DNA from: Candidatus Kapaibacterium sp.
Lineage (GTDB): Bacteria; Bacteroidota; Ignavibacteria; Kapaibacteriales; UBA2268
Direction of reading: 5' to 3'
NCBI GenBank assembly: GCA_963664875.1
Contig: OY761611.1
Location: 340,511 to 404,510 of the forward strand
Length of the DNA stretch: 64,000 nucleotides
Position numbers and translations under genes: made by a program. The notes under the pieces are model-generated. The model had not been told where the DNA came from. It worked only from the letters and a program-made list of their open reading frames with translations, and did not search any database. Below, piece by piece: positions 37,800-47,877 of the stretch (positions are counted from its first letter, which is position 1; each line of letters starts with the position of its first letter).

Positions 37800-39635
37800 T
37801 TTTTTAAAAGATATTATCTTTAAAAGTTTTACAAGTTCTTCCTCAAATTCCTTATTATTACCAGGCAAAGGGTTTATCAGAGTAACCGAACCGCTTTTAT
37901 TATACCAAATATCAAATACTAATTCTAAACTGCTTTTACCAAAGGTGTATCTTTCGCATGCAGGAAGATGTTTTATTTTGTGAACTGAGTAGTCTTGGGT
38001 TATGCAGTGTTTTACTGCATAGTATATATTTATCAATGCGTTATCTGATTCTTCTAAATCTTTGTGCAGATCTTCAGTTTCGCTATAATCAAGAAAAGAC
38101 TCTTTTATTTGATAGTTTGTTTCTTTCTGCACTCCATATTCTAATTGTGTACCCGGCAGTAGCGTAGGAGCATTGAAAGCAAATAGAGTCGAAGATGCTC
38201 TCGTTATAGCTGTATAAACCCATCTAAAATATGCCTCATGACTATATCCGTTAACTGATGTAAAATCGACAAAGACATTTTGCCATTCACCGCCCTGAGC
38301 CTTATGACAGGTAATTGCATAAGCGTACTTGACTCGCAGGCAGTTGAAATAGGGATCAACTTTAATGAAATCTATAAACTTTTTGCTTCCGGGTTTTAGC
38401 TGAGGAAATCTGGATTTAAAATCGTAGTATAAAGCTAACTTTTCCTCATAGCTCATATCTCGTTCCAATGAATCTAAAATTGGTTCGTAAATTTTACATT
38501 CTAATATCTTTTCTCTTCCGTTTTCATCAGTAAATTCAAGTAATACATCTCGAAATATAAGATTGACTTTTTTTACACCGCTGTAGGTATAGATTGGAAT
38601 TGACTTAGATTCAGTATAAAGTGAAACCTTCAAGACTTTTCCAATTTCTCCATTCATCAAATCTATATCTCCATAGTAAACGTTATTTAAAACGATAACT
38701 CTGTCATCTTCTCCTATGGTATTCCTATTCGGAAAGAAGTGGTTTCTTATTCGATTATTATACTCTTTAACCATTTTATTGGAGTAAGCTATAATCATTA
38801 CATCGTCAGATATTTCGTGCTGGGAAACTTCAAGATAAGTACCAAGGAATGTCTCTTTTGTAAGGACACGTATGTCTTTTCTGTTGTCCAATATTTCTAA
38901 CTTATCGAAATCTTTATTTATTATGGCATTCCTTACGGAAGTTGCAGTTTCAAGCAGCGCAGAGTCTTCTTTTTGTCTTACCACATCTGTTAATTCTGAG
39001 GTATTTGCTTCTAAGAAGAAATGTTCTTTTAAGTAATCTGAATTTAATGCAGGAGATAAAAGATTTTTGACAGGAGGGAGCTGTGCCGGATCACCAACAA
39101 AAATAATTTTATTGCTATATCCTATATACTGCAACAAATCATTCAAAAGCGACCCCGAACCAAAGGACATAAGCTCATTACCAAGTGAAATGTCAGGTAT
39201 CATTGAGGCTTCATCAATTATGTATAAAGCTTCTCTTGTGATATTTCGTCTTATTTCAAAATAATATCGCAAAGAATCTAATGAATCAGTTCCGGCAGAT
39301 GATTCTTTAACAAAACCAACTTGATAAATACTTCTGTGTATTGTGGAAGCTTTATAGCCTGTCTTTTCACTAATCACTCTTGCAGCTTTTCCTGTAGGTG
39401 CCATAAAAATAGTCTCTATTCCTAGAGCATCTAAGTAATCGGCAATACCTTTCAGTAGAAAAGTTTTGCCTGTGCCGGCATAACCTCTCAGAATAAAAAC
39501 TTGTTTTGGACTTTCCAAAAAATTGGTAATTTCTTCTACCGCAGCAGATTGGGAAGGAGTAAGCTTAAATTTATATGTTTCTTGTAGTGTTAGCATAGGT
39601 CTTACTAAAATAGACAAAATTATTGAGTGTCTCAA
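37791..39635 (-). CDS. SF1B DNA helicase, RecD/Pif1/TraA-like, with ~130-aa C-terminal extension
   Basis: Walker A GYAGTGKTF, Walker B IIDEASM, FVGDPAQLPPV, SH3-like insert, motif VI AYAITCHKAQGGEWQNVFV; 614 aa. Confidence 0.75.
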   Translation of the reverse strand: MRHSIILSILVRPMLTLQETYKFKLTPSQSAAVEEITNFLESPKQVFILRGYAGTGKTFLLKGIADYLDALGIETIFMAPTGKAARVISEKTGYKASTIHRSIYQVGFVKESSAGTDSLDSLRYYFEIRRNITREALYIIDEASMIPDISLGNELMSFGSGSLLNDLLQYIGYSNKIIFVGDPAQLPPVKNLLSPALNSDYLKEHFFLEANTSELTDVVRQKEDSALLETATSVRNAIINKDFDKLEILDNRKDIRVLTKETFLGTYLEVSQHEISDDVMIIAYSNKMVKEYNNRIRNHFFPNRNTIGEDDRVIVLNNVYYGDIDLMNGEIGKVLKVSLYTESKSIPIYTYSGVKKVNLIFRDVLLEFTDENGREKILECKIYEPILDSLERDMSYEEKLALYYDFKSRFPQLKPGSKKFIDFIKVDPYFNCLRVKYAYAITCHKAQGGEWQNVFVDFTSVNGYSHEAYFRWVYTAITRASSTLFAFNAPTLLPGTQLEYGVQKETNYQIKESFLDYSETEDLHKDLEESDNALINIYYAVKHCITQDYSVHKIKHLPACERYTFGKSSLELVFDIWYNKSGSVTLINPLPGNNKEFEEELVKLLKIISFKKLA

Positions 39636-39784
39636 AGAAAAGTAGTCATAGTTATATAATAGGTATTTTTATGGATTGTAAGAGTCATATATGAATATAA
39701 TAGCAAAATGTTATAATAAATATTTATTATTATCGTATGGAACTATAGAAGATATTTTTATTCTCCAAGAGCAGGGAGTTAATC

Positions 39785-40222
39785 ATGAATAACGCAAAAC
39801 CAAAATTTATAGTCGGGAAACACATTTTTCGCATGAGAGATATTGTCGTTCTCGAAAAACTAGCTGATGGTTCTATAAAGCTTTTTATTAAACATGTAGG
39901 CAATGAAAAAATCACTGTAGAGCAGGGTGCTGACAAAATATGGCACTATTACAAGGAACAATGCAAAAGTATAAAGTCAGACACTGATTTTTCTGATGTA
40001 GAATTTATAAAAGTTGGTAATAAAATTATTCAACTAAGGAATGTGGCAGCATTTTGTTTCAGAGATCCGAGCGTTTTCGAAATTATAACAAAATTGGGAG
40101 CAGGTTTATCTGAATCATTACCTATTGAAATCAATTTGATTGAACCGGAATACAGAGAGAAATTTAAAGAGTTTGTGAGAGATAATACTCTTAATTCCGA
40201 ATTCGGAGCATGTGAAGAATAA
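39785..40222 (+). CDS. Hypothetical protein (145 aa)
   Basis: ORF with agggag RBS 8 nt upstream and a terminator immediately downstream; no recognisable motif. Confidence 0.5.
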   Translation: MNNAKPKFIVGKHIFRMRDIVVLEKLADGSIKLFIKHVGNEKITVEQGADKIWHYYKEQCKSIKSDTDFSDVEFIKVGNKIIQLRNVAAFCFRDPSVFEIITKLGAGLSESLPIEINLIEPEYREKFKEFVRDNTLNSEFGACEE

Positions 40223-40226
40223 GAAA

Positions 40227-40251
40227 AGGGGCTTTTGATAAGCCCCTCTTT
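40227..40251. terminator. Bidirectional terminator hairpin
   Basis: aggggctt-ttgat-aagcccct followed by ctttgatttt. Confidence 0.65.
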
Positions 40252-40268
40252 GATTTTATATCTTATTT

Positions 40269-40769
40269 TTATTCTTCGTCAAATAAATCTTCTTCTGTAT
40301 AAGGAGCACTTATACAAAGGTCAACTAAAGCATCTTCCGCAAACCAGAAAGTCAATCCAATATCATCAAATGAATACTGTTCTGTGTTAGCTATTTCGTC
40401 ATCATCGCCATCAATTACTTCAGTCTCTAACAATGGTTCTAAAGCTTCTTCTTCTGAAATTTCGCTGTATTTAGATACTAATTCAAATATCTCTTCTCTA
40501 TTTAAATCGAAAAGATTTTTGCCATCTAAAATAGCTTTATCAGGATAGATACTCAAACCTAAAAAGTTGTTGTTGAAATGTTCGAAAATAAAAGAAACAG
40601 CCTCTTCTTCATAAGTATATTCAACTGTTGTCAAAAGGGCATTTTCTTCCATTTCAGTTTTGTCTTCCCAAACTTCAGAAGGTTTGCCAAATTTTTCTTC
40701 GATTTGGTCTTTATCCCAATCAAAGCTAATTCCGGAAAAAGATTCTCCGATTTTCAAAATATAATCCAT
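40269..40769 (-). CDS. Hypothetical highly acidic protein (~166 aa from MDYILKIG)
   Basis: Asp/Glu-rich (C-terminal ...YTEEDLFDEE), no TM. Start placed at the internal Met; the track ORF extends to 40820. Confidence 0.45.
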   Translation of the reverse strand: MDYILKIGESFSGISFDWDKDQIEEKFGKPSEVWEDKTEMEENALLTTVEYTYEEEAVSFIFEHFNNNFLGLSIYPDKAILDGKNLFDLNREEIFELVSKYSEISEEEALEPLLETEVIDGDDDEIANTEQYSFDDIGLTFWFAEDALVDLCISAPYTEEDLFDEE

Positions 40770-41049
40770 AGTACACCTACAGTGATTGTTCGCAAAATGC
40801 TTACTTATTCTTATTAACAAAGATAATAATATTATTCAAATCAAAACAAAAAATATGTTTCTACAGTAAATAGTCCAAAATATCCAATATGCTTAAAAAT
40901 ATGGAAGAGTGTGATAATAATAGGGGGTAAGAATATAAAATGGTATAAAAACTAATATATAAGTATTAAAGAAAAGGGGGTATGCAATAAAATAAAATAT
41001 AAATACAATCTTTTCGTAAATTGTATTTTTTACAAGCAGAGAAAATAAA

Positions 41050-43242
41050 ATGGCAATTTTAAGATTTAAAGCCTTAGATATGGCTTGGAATAGAACTGCA
41101 AAAGATATAGTAGCACCAAAAAATCTTACATCTGAGTATTTTGGTATCAATGTGTTTGATAAAAAAAAGATGGAAAAATATCTTTCGAGAGAAGCTTACA
41201 ACCATGTTATTGATTCTATAGAAAACGGTACACCGATTGACAGAAAAATGGCTGATTTGATTGCGGTGGGTATGAAAGCGTGGGCTTTAGACAGAGGAGT
41301 TACGCATTTTACTCACTGGTTCCAACCTTTGACAGGGGGTACTGCTGAAAAACACGATGCTTTTATAGATAGAGCTAACGATGGCTCTGTTGTTGAAATG
41401 TTTTCCGGAGAATCTTTAGCACAGCAAGAACCGGATGCATCTTCTTTTCCTCATGGTGGGATTAGAAATACTTTCGAAGCGAGGGGCTATACTGCATGGG
41501 ATCCCTCATCTCCGGCATTTATAATAGGAAACACTCTAAGCATACCAACTATATTTATCTCCTACACAGGCGAATCATTAGATCATAAAACACCACTGCT
41601 AAAATCTTTGCAGGCAATAGATAAAGCTGCTTCGGAGGTTGCAAGGTTTTTTGATAGAGATGTCAAAAAAGTTCAGGCTAATCTTGGGTGGGAGCAAGAG
41701 TATTTTCTGGTTGACGAAGCACTTTATCAAGCCAGACCGGATTTGGCACTTACAGGAAGAACTTTGATGGGGCATTCTTCTGCAAAAGACCAACAGTTGG
41801 ATGACCATTATTTTGGTTCTATTCCGGAAAGAGTAAAATCTTTTATGGTTGAACTCGAAATAGAGTCTTACAAATTAGGGATTCCTCTTAAAACTCGCCA
41901 CAACGAGGTAGCACCTAACCAGTACGAGGCTGCTCCATACTATGAAGAATGTAATCTTGCAGTAGATCATAATGCATTATTTATGGATTTAATGCAAAAA
42001 TTATCAAGAAGACACAATTTTAAAGTTCTATTTCACGAGAAGCCATTTAAAGGTATCAATGGTAGTGGCAAACACAATAACTGGTCACTTACGACAGATA
42101 CAGGCATCATTTTGCACAAACCCGGTAAAACTCCAAAAGGAAATATGCAATTTTTGACTTTTCTGGTGAATACAATTAAGGCAGTCCACGATAATCAGGA
42201 TTTATTGAGAGCAAGTATATCTTCTGTATCAAATGCTCATAGATTAGGAGCAAATGAAGCCCCACCGGCAATAATGTCATGCTTTTTAGGAGATGAAGTA
42301 TGTAAAATGTTGGAGCAAATAGAATCTCAGGTTAGTGATAAAAAAATGACTCCCGATGAGAAAACTGCACTAAAATTAGATGTAGGTAAGATTCCGGAGA
42401 TACTTCTCGATAACACAGACAGAAACAGAACTTCTCCTTTCGCATTTACCGGAAACAGATTTGAATTTCGTGCTGTAGGTAGTTATGCTAATTGTGCTTC
42501 TCCCATGGTTGTTCTAAATACTGCTGTTGCAGCACAACTAACTAAATTTAAAAATGAAGTAGATGCTCTTGTTGAAAAAGGTGTAAAAAAAGACGAAGCA
42601 TTATTCCAGATGATAAGGAAAACATATCTTGAGTCTAAACGAATCGTCTTTGAAGGTGACGGATACAGTGAAAAATGGGTAGAAGAAGCTGAGAGAAGAG
42701 GATTGTCAAACATTACCAATGTACCTGAAGCTTTGAAGTATTATGCTTCGAGCGAAGCTAAAGAGCTGTTTACAAAAATGAATATTTTTACTGAAAGAGA
42801 AGTCGAAAGTAGATTAGACGTAATGCTCGAAGATTACACTATGAAAGTACAAATCGAATCGAGAGTCTTGGGTGATTTGGCTCTAAATCATATCGTACCG
42901 ATTGCAGTGCTCTATCAAAACAGATTGTTGGAAAATATCCATTATTTAAAAAATATTACAGACTCTTACAATGACTTCCAGTCACTTGCAGGTAATCGTA
43001 TGAATCTAATCAGAGAGATATCCGCACATATTATCGAAATCAAGAAGGGTGTAAACGAGATGATTGAGGCGAGGAAACTTGCAAATGTTATCCAAGATGC
43101 TTATGAAAAAGCTTCTGCTTACTCAAAAGAAGTTTTCCCTTTCCTTGATGCAATAAGATACCATATAGACAAATTAGAACTGATTGTGGACGATGAGATT
43201 TGGCCTTTGCCAAAATATAGAGAACTTCTATTTATAAGCTAA
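41050..43242 (+). CDS. glnN: Glutamine synthetase type III
   Basis: 730-aa GS with the characteristic type III N-terminal region (MAILRFKALDM...HFTHWFQPLTGGTAEKHD) and GS catalytic domain; the length matches GS-III (~730 aa). Confidence 0.9.
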   Translation: MAILRFKALDMAWNRTAKDIVAPKNLTSEYFGINVFDKKKMEKYLSREAYNHVIDSIENGTPIDRKMADLIAVGMKAWALDRGVTHFTHWFQPLTGGTAEKHDAFIDRANDGSVVEMFSGESLAQQEPDASSFPHGGIRNTFEARGYTAWDPSSPAFIIGNTLSIPTIFISYTGESLDHKTPLLKSLQAIDKAASEVARFFDRDVKKVQANLGWEQEYFLVDEALYQARPDLALTGRTLMGHSSAKDQQLDDHYFGSIPERVKSFMVELEIESYKLGIPLKTRHNEVAPNQYEAAPYYEECNLAVDHNALFMDLMQKLSRRHNFKVLFHEKPFKGINGSGKHNNWSLTTDTGIILHKPGKTPKGNMQFLTFLVNTIKAVHDNQDLLRASISSVSNAHRLGANEAPPAIMSCFLGDEVCKMLEQIESQVSDKKMTPDEKTALKLDVGKIPEILLDNTDRNRTSPFAFTGNRFEFRAVGSYANCASPMVVLNTAVAAQLTKFKNEVDALVEKGVKKDEALFQMIRKTYLESKRIVFEGDGYSEKWVEEAERRGLSNITNVPEALKYYASSEAKELFTKMNIFTEREVESRLDVMLEDYTMKVQIESRVLGDLALNHIVPIAVLYQNRLLENIHYLKNITDSYNDFQSLAGNRMNLIREISAHIIEIKKGVNEMIEARKLANVIQDAYEKASAYSKEVFPFLDAIRYHIDKLELIVDDEIWPLPKYRELLFIS

Positions 43243-43283
43243 AAATAAGATCAGCTTATGTAATGTGTAACCTATTTATATAT

Positions 43284-43327
43284 AAGCAGAATGGTATATT
43301 ATAAAAGCTACCATTCTGCTTTTTTAT
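43284..43327. terminator. Bidirectional terminator hairpin
   Basis: aagcagaatggta-[12-nt loop]-taccattctgctt followed by T-run. Confidence 0.75.
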
Positions 43328-43328
43328 T

Positions 43329-45263
43329 CTAATCTTTTTTGAGTCTTATTCTTATCGAACGGTTCAAAAATCTCCCAACAGGTGATGAATTTGAAAATCT
43401 TGAAGAATCAACTGTTTCTTCGAATTTTAAAATCTTTGGATATGATATACTTTCCATATATCTCTTAGCATTAGATGCTCGCATTTTGGTTAAAACTGCG
43501 TTTCTGCTTTCTGTTCCGGTACTATCAGTACTTCCTGAAATTTGAATAGTCATGTTTTCAGGTAGGAATCTTACAAGTTCTCTTAATGTTTGTTTTGCAA
43601 TATTAGAAAGTTCAGCAGAGTTATAGTCGAAAGTAAGAACTGCAAGGAAATTATCAGTACGCAAATCAAACATATTTACTTTCATACTTTCTTTTTTTAT
43701 ACTGAAAGTAGTATCAGATTTAGTGTCATCAAGATATTTTATTTCATAGGTAAAATACTCGTCATAGATGTCTGATGGAATTATGTAAGTAAATAGCATA
43801 TCTTTTGAGCTTGTTCTGTACTGTTGATATTTGTCTTCAACTTTGATTCTTGAAGGGAATAATATATGTCCTGTATCAGGAATAATTTTCGTATAACCTT
43901 TTACATTATTTAGATAAAAGTCAGAAACAAAATTAGTCAAGATATCGCCTTTTATAATTATGTCAACTCTTCTGTTTTCTTCTTTTCCTGTATCATAAGT
44001 TTCATTTGAAAATATCTGTTTTTTAGAAACACTGATACGATTATTATCAATTCCATTCTTCTCGAAGAAGTGAGTTATAGCATCAAGTCTTTTTTTCTTT
44101 AAAGTGGTAGTATCCGCTTCATCTGTAGAACTATAAGCTATGATGTCTATTGATGTTTTACTATTTGATGATAGTATATCCAAAATATCAAACAGGATGT
44201 TACGATGCATAGATATAGGTTCGGAATAGCTATCCAAAGAATTATCCTTAACTAAATAACTACTTGGAATCTCATTACTGTGTTTGTCAAAAAACACTGA
44301 GGTAACTTTAGGACTGGTGCATAAAAGCTCATTACCTTTTTCGATACTGAAGTCATGTAATATTTTATCAAAACCAATTTTGGGTTTCAAATTTTCTTCA
44401 ATAACAGGAATAAATGTTGCCGAATCTTTAACAGGTGATTTTTGATATTCTTGGTTAAATTGTTGTAGCTGTTCTTCTTTTCGTGAAAATAAATCAAATT
44501 CGTAGCCCAACATAAAATTGATTGAATAATGCTTCCAATCTAAATCTTTTACAATATTACTAAAGCAATAGTCTATTTGGATAGATTGGGTAAAGTGGTT
44601 AAAATTGCCTGCCTTGAGATAATTTTTTAAGCCTAATACCAGTCCAAAACCCGGATTATATCTCTCAGGAATATCGCCGGCTGATAAGCCAACTAAAAGT
44701 AAAGAATTTCCCATATATTCAAGCATATATCCATCGGGTGAGACAGCTTCTTTATTTTGTTCAAATGTACTGATATATGGAATATATAGCTTTGTGCCGG
44801 CTGTAAGTTTAAGGGGGCCATCAATAAAATCTTTTTCGAGCAGATAGTTAATTCCAAATCCGATTTCTATATTTTTTATCTGAGAAATTAGATTGTATCT
44901 GCTTATGACATCTTGTAATTTATCTGTCTCAGTGTTATACATGCGGTACATTTCGTCGAAACTCAAAGTAGTCGATCTATCTGCATATGTTGTAGATAGG
45001 TACAAATCGAAAGTAGTCGAAATTTTATAATTGAAGTCCAGAGAAGCAAGAAATCCGAAGTTCAATTTATCATTGTAAGTGCCGCAATTATACATGCCTT
45101 CAAAAGAATTAAAGTCTGCATCATGCACATTGAGTAGAGTTCCAAAGTTGAAACCAACTGAGAAATTATTTTTGTATATTTCCGCAGAATTTGATAATGT
45201 TACACAAAATAATAATAGGCAAAGAGTAAAATAAGATTTCAACAGATTAACTCGCAATAACAT
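43329..45263 (-). CDS. OmpA-family outer-membrane protein with large N-terminal beta-barrel region
   Basis: Signal peptide; C-terminal OmpA_C-like motifs (FDYNSAEL..., NAVLTKMRASNAKRYM, ...RFLNRSIRIRL). Confidence 0.7.
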   Translation of the reverse strand: MLLRVNLLKSYFTLCLLLFCVTLSNSAEIYKNNFSVGFNFGTLLNVHDADFNSFEGMYNCGTYNDKLNFGFLASLDFNYKISTTFDLYLSTTYADRSTTLSFDEMYRMYNTETDKLQDVISRYNLISQIKNIEIGFGINYLLEKDFIDGPLKLTAGTKLYIPYISTFEQNKEAVSPDGYMLEYMGNSLLLVGLSAGDIPERYNPGFGLVLGLKNYLKAGNFNHFTQSIQIDYCFSNIVKDLDWKHYSINFMLGYEFDLFSRKEEQLQQFNQEYQKSPVKDSATFIPVIEENLKPKIGFDKILHDFSIEKGNELLCTSPKVTSVFFDKHSNEIPSSYLVKDNSLDSYSEPISMHRNILFDILDILSSNSKTSIDIIAYSSTDEADTTTLKKKRLDAITHFFEKNGIDNNRISVSKKQIFSNETYDTGKEENRRVDIIIKGDILTNFVSDFYLNNVKGYTKIIPDTGHILFPSRIKVEDKYQQYRTSSKDMLFTYIIPSDIYDEYFTYEIKYLDDTKSDTTFSIKKESMKVNMFDLRTDNFLAVLTFDYNSAELSNIAKQTLRELVRFLPENMTIQISGSTDSTGTESRNAVLTKMRASNAKRYMESISYPKILKFEETVDSSRFSNSSPVGRFLNRSIRIRLKKD

Positions 45264-45293
45264 ATTTGTTCCAATAATAAATATAAGAAATAA

Positions 45294-46724
45294 ATGATAG
45301 TCAAAAAAGATAAAGAATCAATTCTTGATTATGAAAAAGATGCTTCAAATCTTCATGGTAGTACTGATATTGTCTTTTTACCTAATGACACTTTAGATGT
45401 GGTAAAAGTCTTAGATTTTGCAAAAAATAATCATAGAACTATTGCAATATCAGGCAGTAGAACTGGACTAACAGGAGGTTGTGTTCCTGAGAATGATATA
45501 GTAATTTCATTGCAAAATATGAATAGGATCATTGAGATTAATACTGAACAGATGTATGCCTGGTTAGAACCCGGTGTGATTATTGAAGAGTTCCATGCAG
45601 AGTTAGAGAAGTATGGACTGTTTTATCCACCAAATCCAACGGAAACAAGCAGCAGCATCGGTGGGAATGTAGCGAATAACGCAAGTGGGTCGCGAGCTTT
45701 TAAGTATGGCAATACACGACCGTTTGTTACCGAAATGGAGCTTGTACTAAGTTCAGGAGAAATAGTTCATCTCGATGGTTCAGTGCAGGACGATGTTTTT
45801 AGCATCTCTACAGAGGACAAAAACTATTCTTTCCCAATTCAAGATGTCAGAATTCCTCACAAAAAAAATAGTGCCGGATACTTTTCGAGAAGAGGGATGA
45901 GAGATTTTGATTTATTTATCGGAAGCGAAGGTACTTTAGGTATCGTAACAAAAATCAAAGTAAATCTTATAAAAAAACCGGAACAGAGAGTCTCTCTACT
46001 TGCATTTTTTGATAGTTACGACGGGCTTTTCAACTTTGTTGAAGAAGCTCGTGGAAAATCTAATGCAGATGATTCTATTTTAGATTCGAACTTAATTGAA
46101 TTTTTGGACTGCACAGCTTTAGAAATGACTGATGCCGCTTATCCTATGGAAACTAAGGGTGCGATTTGGATTGAACAATATTGCGAAAACGAACAAATAA
46201 AAGATGAAATACTAAGCACTTGGTATGAGCTTATACAGAAATATTCAACTTTGTACGAAGATACATACTTAGCGTATGATGCGATTACCGAAAGGAAAAT
46301 TGCCGAATTACGGCATAAAGTCCCACAAGGAGTAACCGAATTTATCGCTCAACACGGATTTAGTAAAATGGGTACAGATACAGCTGTTCCTGACAAAAAC
46401 TGCAGAGAATTATTCGAGTATGGTTGCAGAATATGCATGGAGAGAGGAATTAAGCATGTTGTTTGGGGGCACATAGGTAATTCTCATCTTCACATAAATG
46501 TTCTTCCTAAATCAGCAGAAGAATATGAAAAAGCTACAGAGGCTTTCGACTTAATTTTAGACAAATCTCTCGAGTTTGGAGGTACAATCTCAGGAGAACA
46601 TGGCATAGGGAAAATCAAGAAAAAGCATTTTCATAAAATGTATAAAGACGAATTAGCCTATTTCAGGCAAATAAAGCAGATATTCGATCCAAATGGAATA
46701 CTTAGCCCCGGCAACTTATTTTAA
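45294..46724 (+). CDS. FAD-linked oxidase (GlcD/D-lactate dehydrogenase-like, FAD_binding_4 + FAD-oxidase C-terminal domain)
   Basis: IAISGSRTGLTGGCVP, ...GSEGTLGIVTK..., C-terminal GGTISGEHGIGKIKK. Confidence 0.8.
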   Translation: MIVKKDKESILDYEKDASNLHGSTDIVFLPNDTLDVVKVLDFAKNNHRTIAISGSRTGLTGGCVPENDIVISLQNMNRIIEINTEQMYAWLEPGVIIEEFHAELEKYGLFYPPNPTETSSSIGGNVANNASGSRAFKYGNTRPFVTEMELVLSSGEIVHLDGSVQDDVFSISTEDKNYSFPIQDVRIPHKKNSAGYFSRRGMRDFDLFIGSEGTLGIVTKIKVNLIKKPEQRVSLLAFFDSYDGLFNFVEEARGKSNADDSILDSNLIEFLDCTALEMTDAAYPMETKGAIWIEQYCENEQIKDEILSTWYELIQKYSTLYEDTYLAYDAITERKIAELRHKVPQGVTEFIAQHGFSKMGTDTAVPDKNCRELFEYGCRICMERGIKHVVWGHIGNSHLHINVLPKSAEEYEKATEAFDLILDKSLEFGGTISGEHGIGKIKKKHFHKMYKDELAYFRQIKQIFDPNGILSPGNLF

Positions 46725-46730
46725 AAAAGA

Positions 46731-47819
46731 CTATTTCTTAGGAAATACTACTTCATATTTGAAAAACTGATTTGCACGGCAATCAATATTGTCGTGCAGA
46801 TTATTTATCTTTATTATCTTTTTGACAATAGCGAGACCTAATCCTAGGCCTTGTTGTTCAAATTGTTTTCTGCCTATCTGAATATTGCCTAAATAGCGAT
46901 TATTATCTTTATCCATTCCTATACCTTCGTTAAATACAGAAAAATGGTAGCCATCTTTCTGTTCGTCTAATGTAATTTTGATTTTATTTCCTAAGGAAGA
47001 GAACTTAAAAGCATTTTCGATTAGCTCAGTAGCCAAGTTAACAAAATGCTTATGGCATATAGGTAAAGATACATCAGAAATGAAAGAGCTCACATCCTCC
47101 AATCTGTTATTTGCTCCTGCCACATTTTTAATAATCTCGGACAGCAGTACATTAGATTCGTTTACAGGTACAGCTATGTCTTTTAGAAGAGAGTCGTCTC
47201 CGAGTTCTAATTTTTCTAATTCTATGTAAAGTTCAAATTTGTTTATCAAAGATTCTATACGGTTAGAAGATTGCAAAATTATAGATAAAAAATTGTCAAT
47301 ATCATCTTGGTCCATTTCAGAAAAACTTGATTGAAGAAGCTGCACTGTCATTTTGATTCCATTTAGTGGAGTTCGCAATTCATGAGGGATGATGACTGCA
47401 ATATCTTGTTTGAATTTATCTAAAATAGCTTTTATTGGTTCTTTTATTTTTGAATGTTTAGAGAGTCTTGTTTCAATTGTATCAAAAAGTTGCTGTGGAG
47501 TAAATGGTTTAGTCAGAAAGTCGTCAGCTCCTTCGTTCATGCCCATAATTCTGTCAGTGTATTCTGATTTGGCAGACAAGAAAATAAATGGAATGTCCGA
47601 AGTCATAGGATTGGCGTACAATTCTTTAAGAACTGCATAGCCATCCATTATGGGCATCATAATATCACATATTATAAGATCCGGCAGGATTTCTAATGCC
47701 TTTTCGACACCTATTTGACCATTTTCAGCAGCAAATACTAAATAATTTTCCGTTTCGAGAAGTTCGACTATATTCTCTATAACAGCCTTTTCGTCTTCTA
47801 TTACCAAAATTTTAGTCAT
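46731..47819 (-). CDS. Cytoplasmic hybrid sensor histidine kinase (REC-HisKA-HATPase), paralogue of 4754..5878
   Basis: KILVIEDE...ICDIMMPIMDG receiver; IPHELRTPLNGI H-box; HATPase boxes. Confidence 0.85.
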   Translation of the reverse strand: MTKILVIEDEKAVIENIVELLETENYLVFAAENGQIGVEKALEILPDLIICDIMMPIMDGYAVLKELYANPMTSDIPFIFLSAKSEYTDRIMGMNEGADDFLTKPFTPQQLFDTIETRLSKHSKIKEPIKAILDKFKQDIAVIIPHELRTPLNGIKMTVQLLQSSFSEMDQDDIDNFLSIILQSSNRIESLINKFELYIELEKLELGDDSLLKDIAVPVNESNVLLSEIIKNVAGANNRLEDVSSFISDVSLPICHKHFVNLATELIENAFKFSSLGNKIKITLDEQKDGYHFSVFNEGIGMDKDNNRYLGNIQIGRKQFEQQGLGLGLAIVKKIIKINNLHDNIDCRANQFFKYEVVFPKK

Positions 47820-47877
47820 TTAGAGAATTCCAAATATAATATTACACATAATTATAGAAGTATATTACAATCAAATA

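Noticed and set aside
39730-39936. 68-aa minus-strand ORF overlapping the start of the 145-aa hypothetical gene
   Set aside because: It overlaps the RBS/start of the better-supported plus-strand ORF and has a low-complexity hydrophobic translation; likely non-coding.
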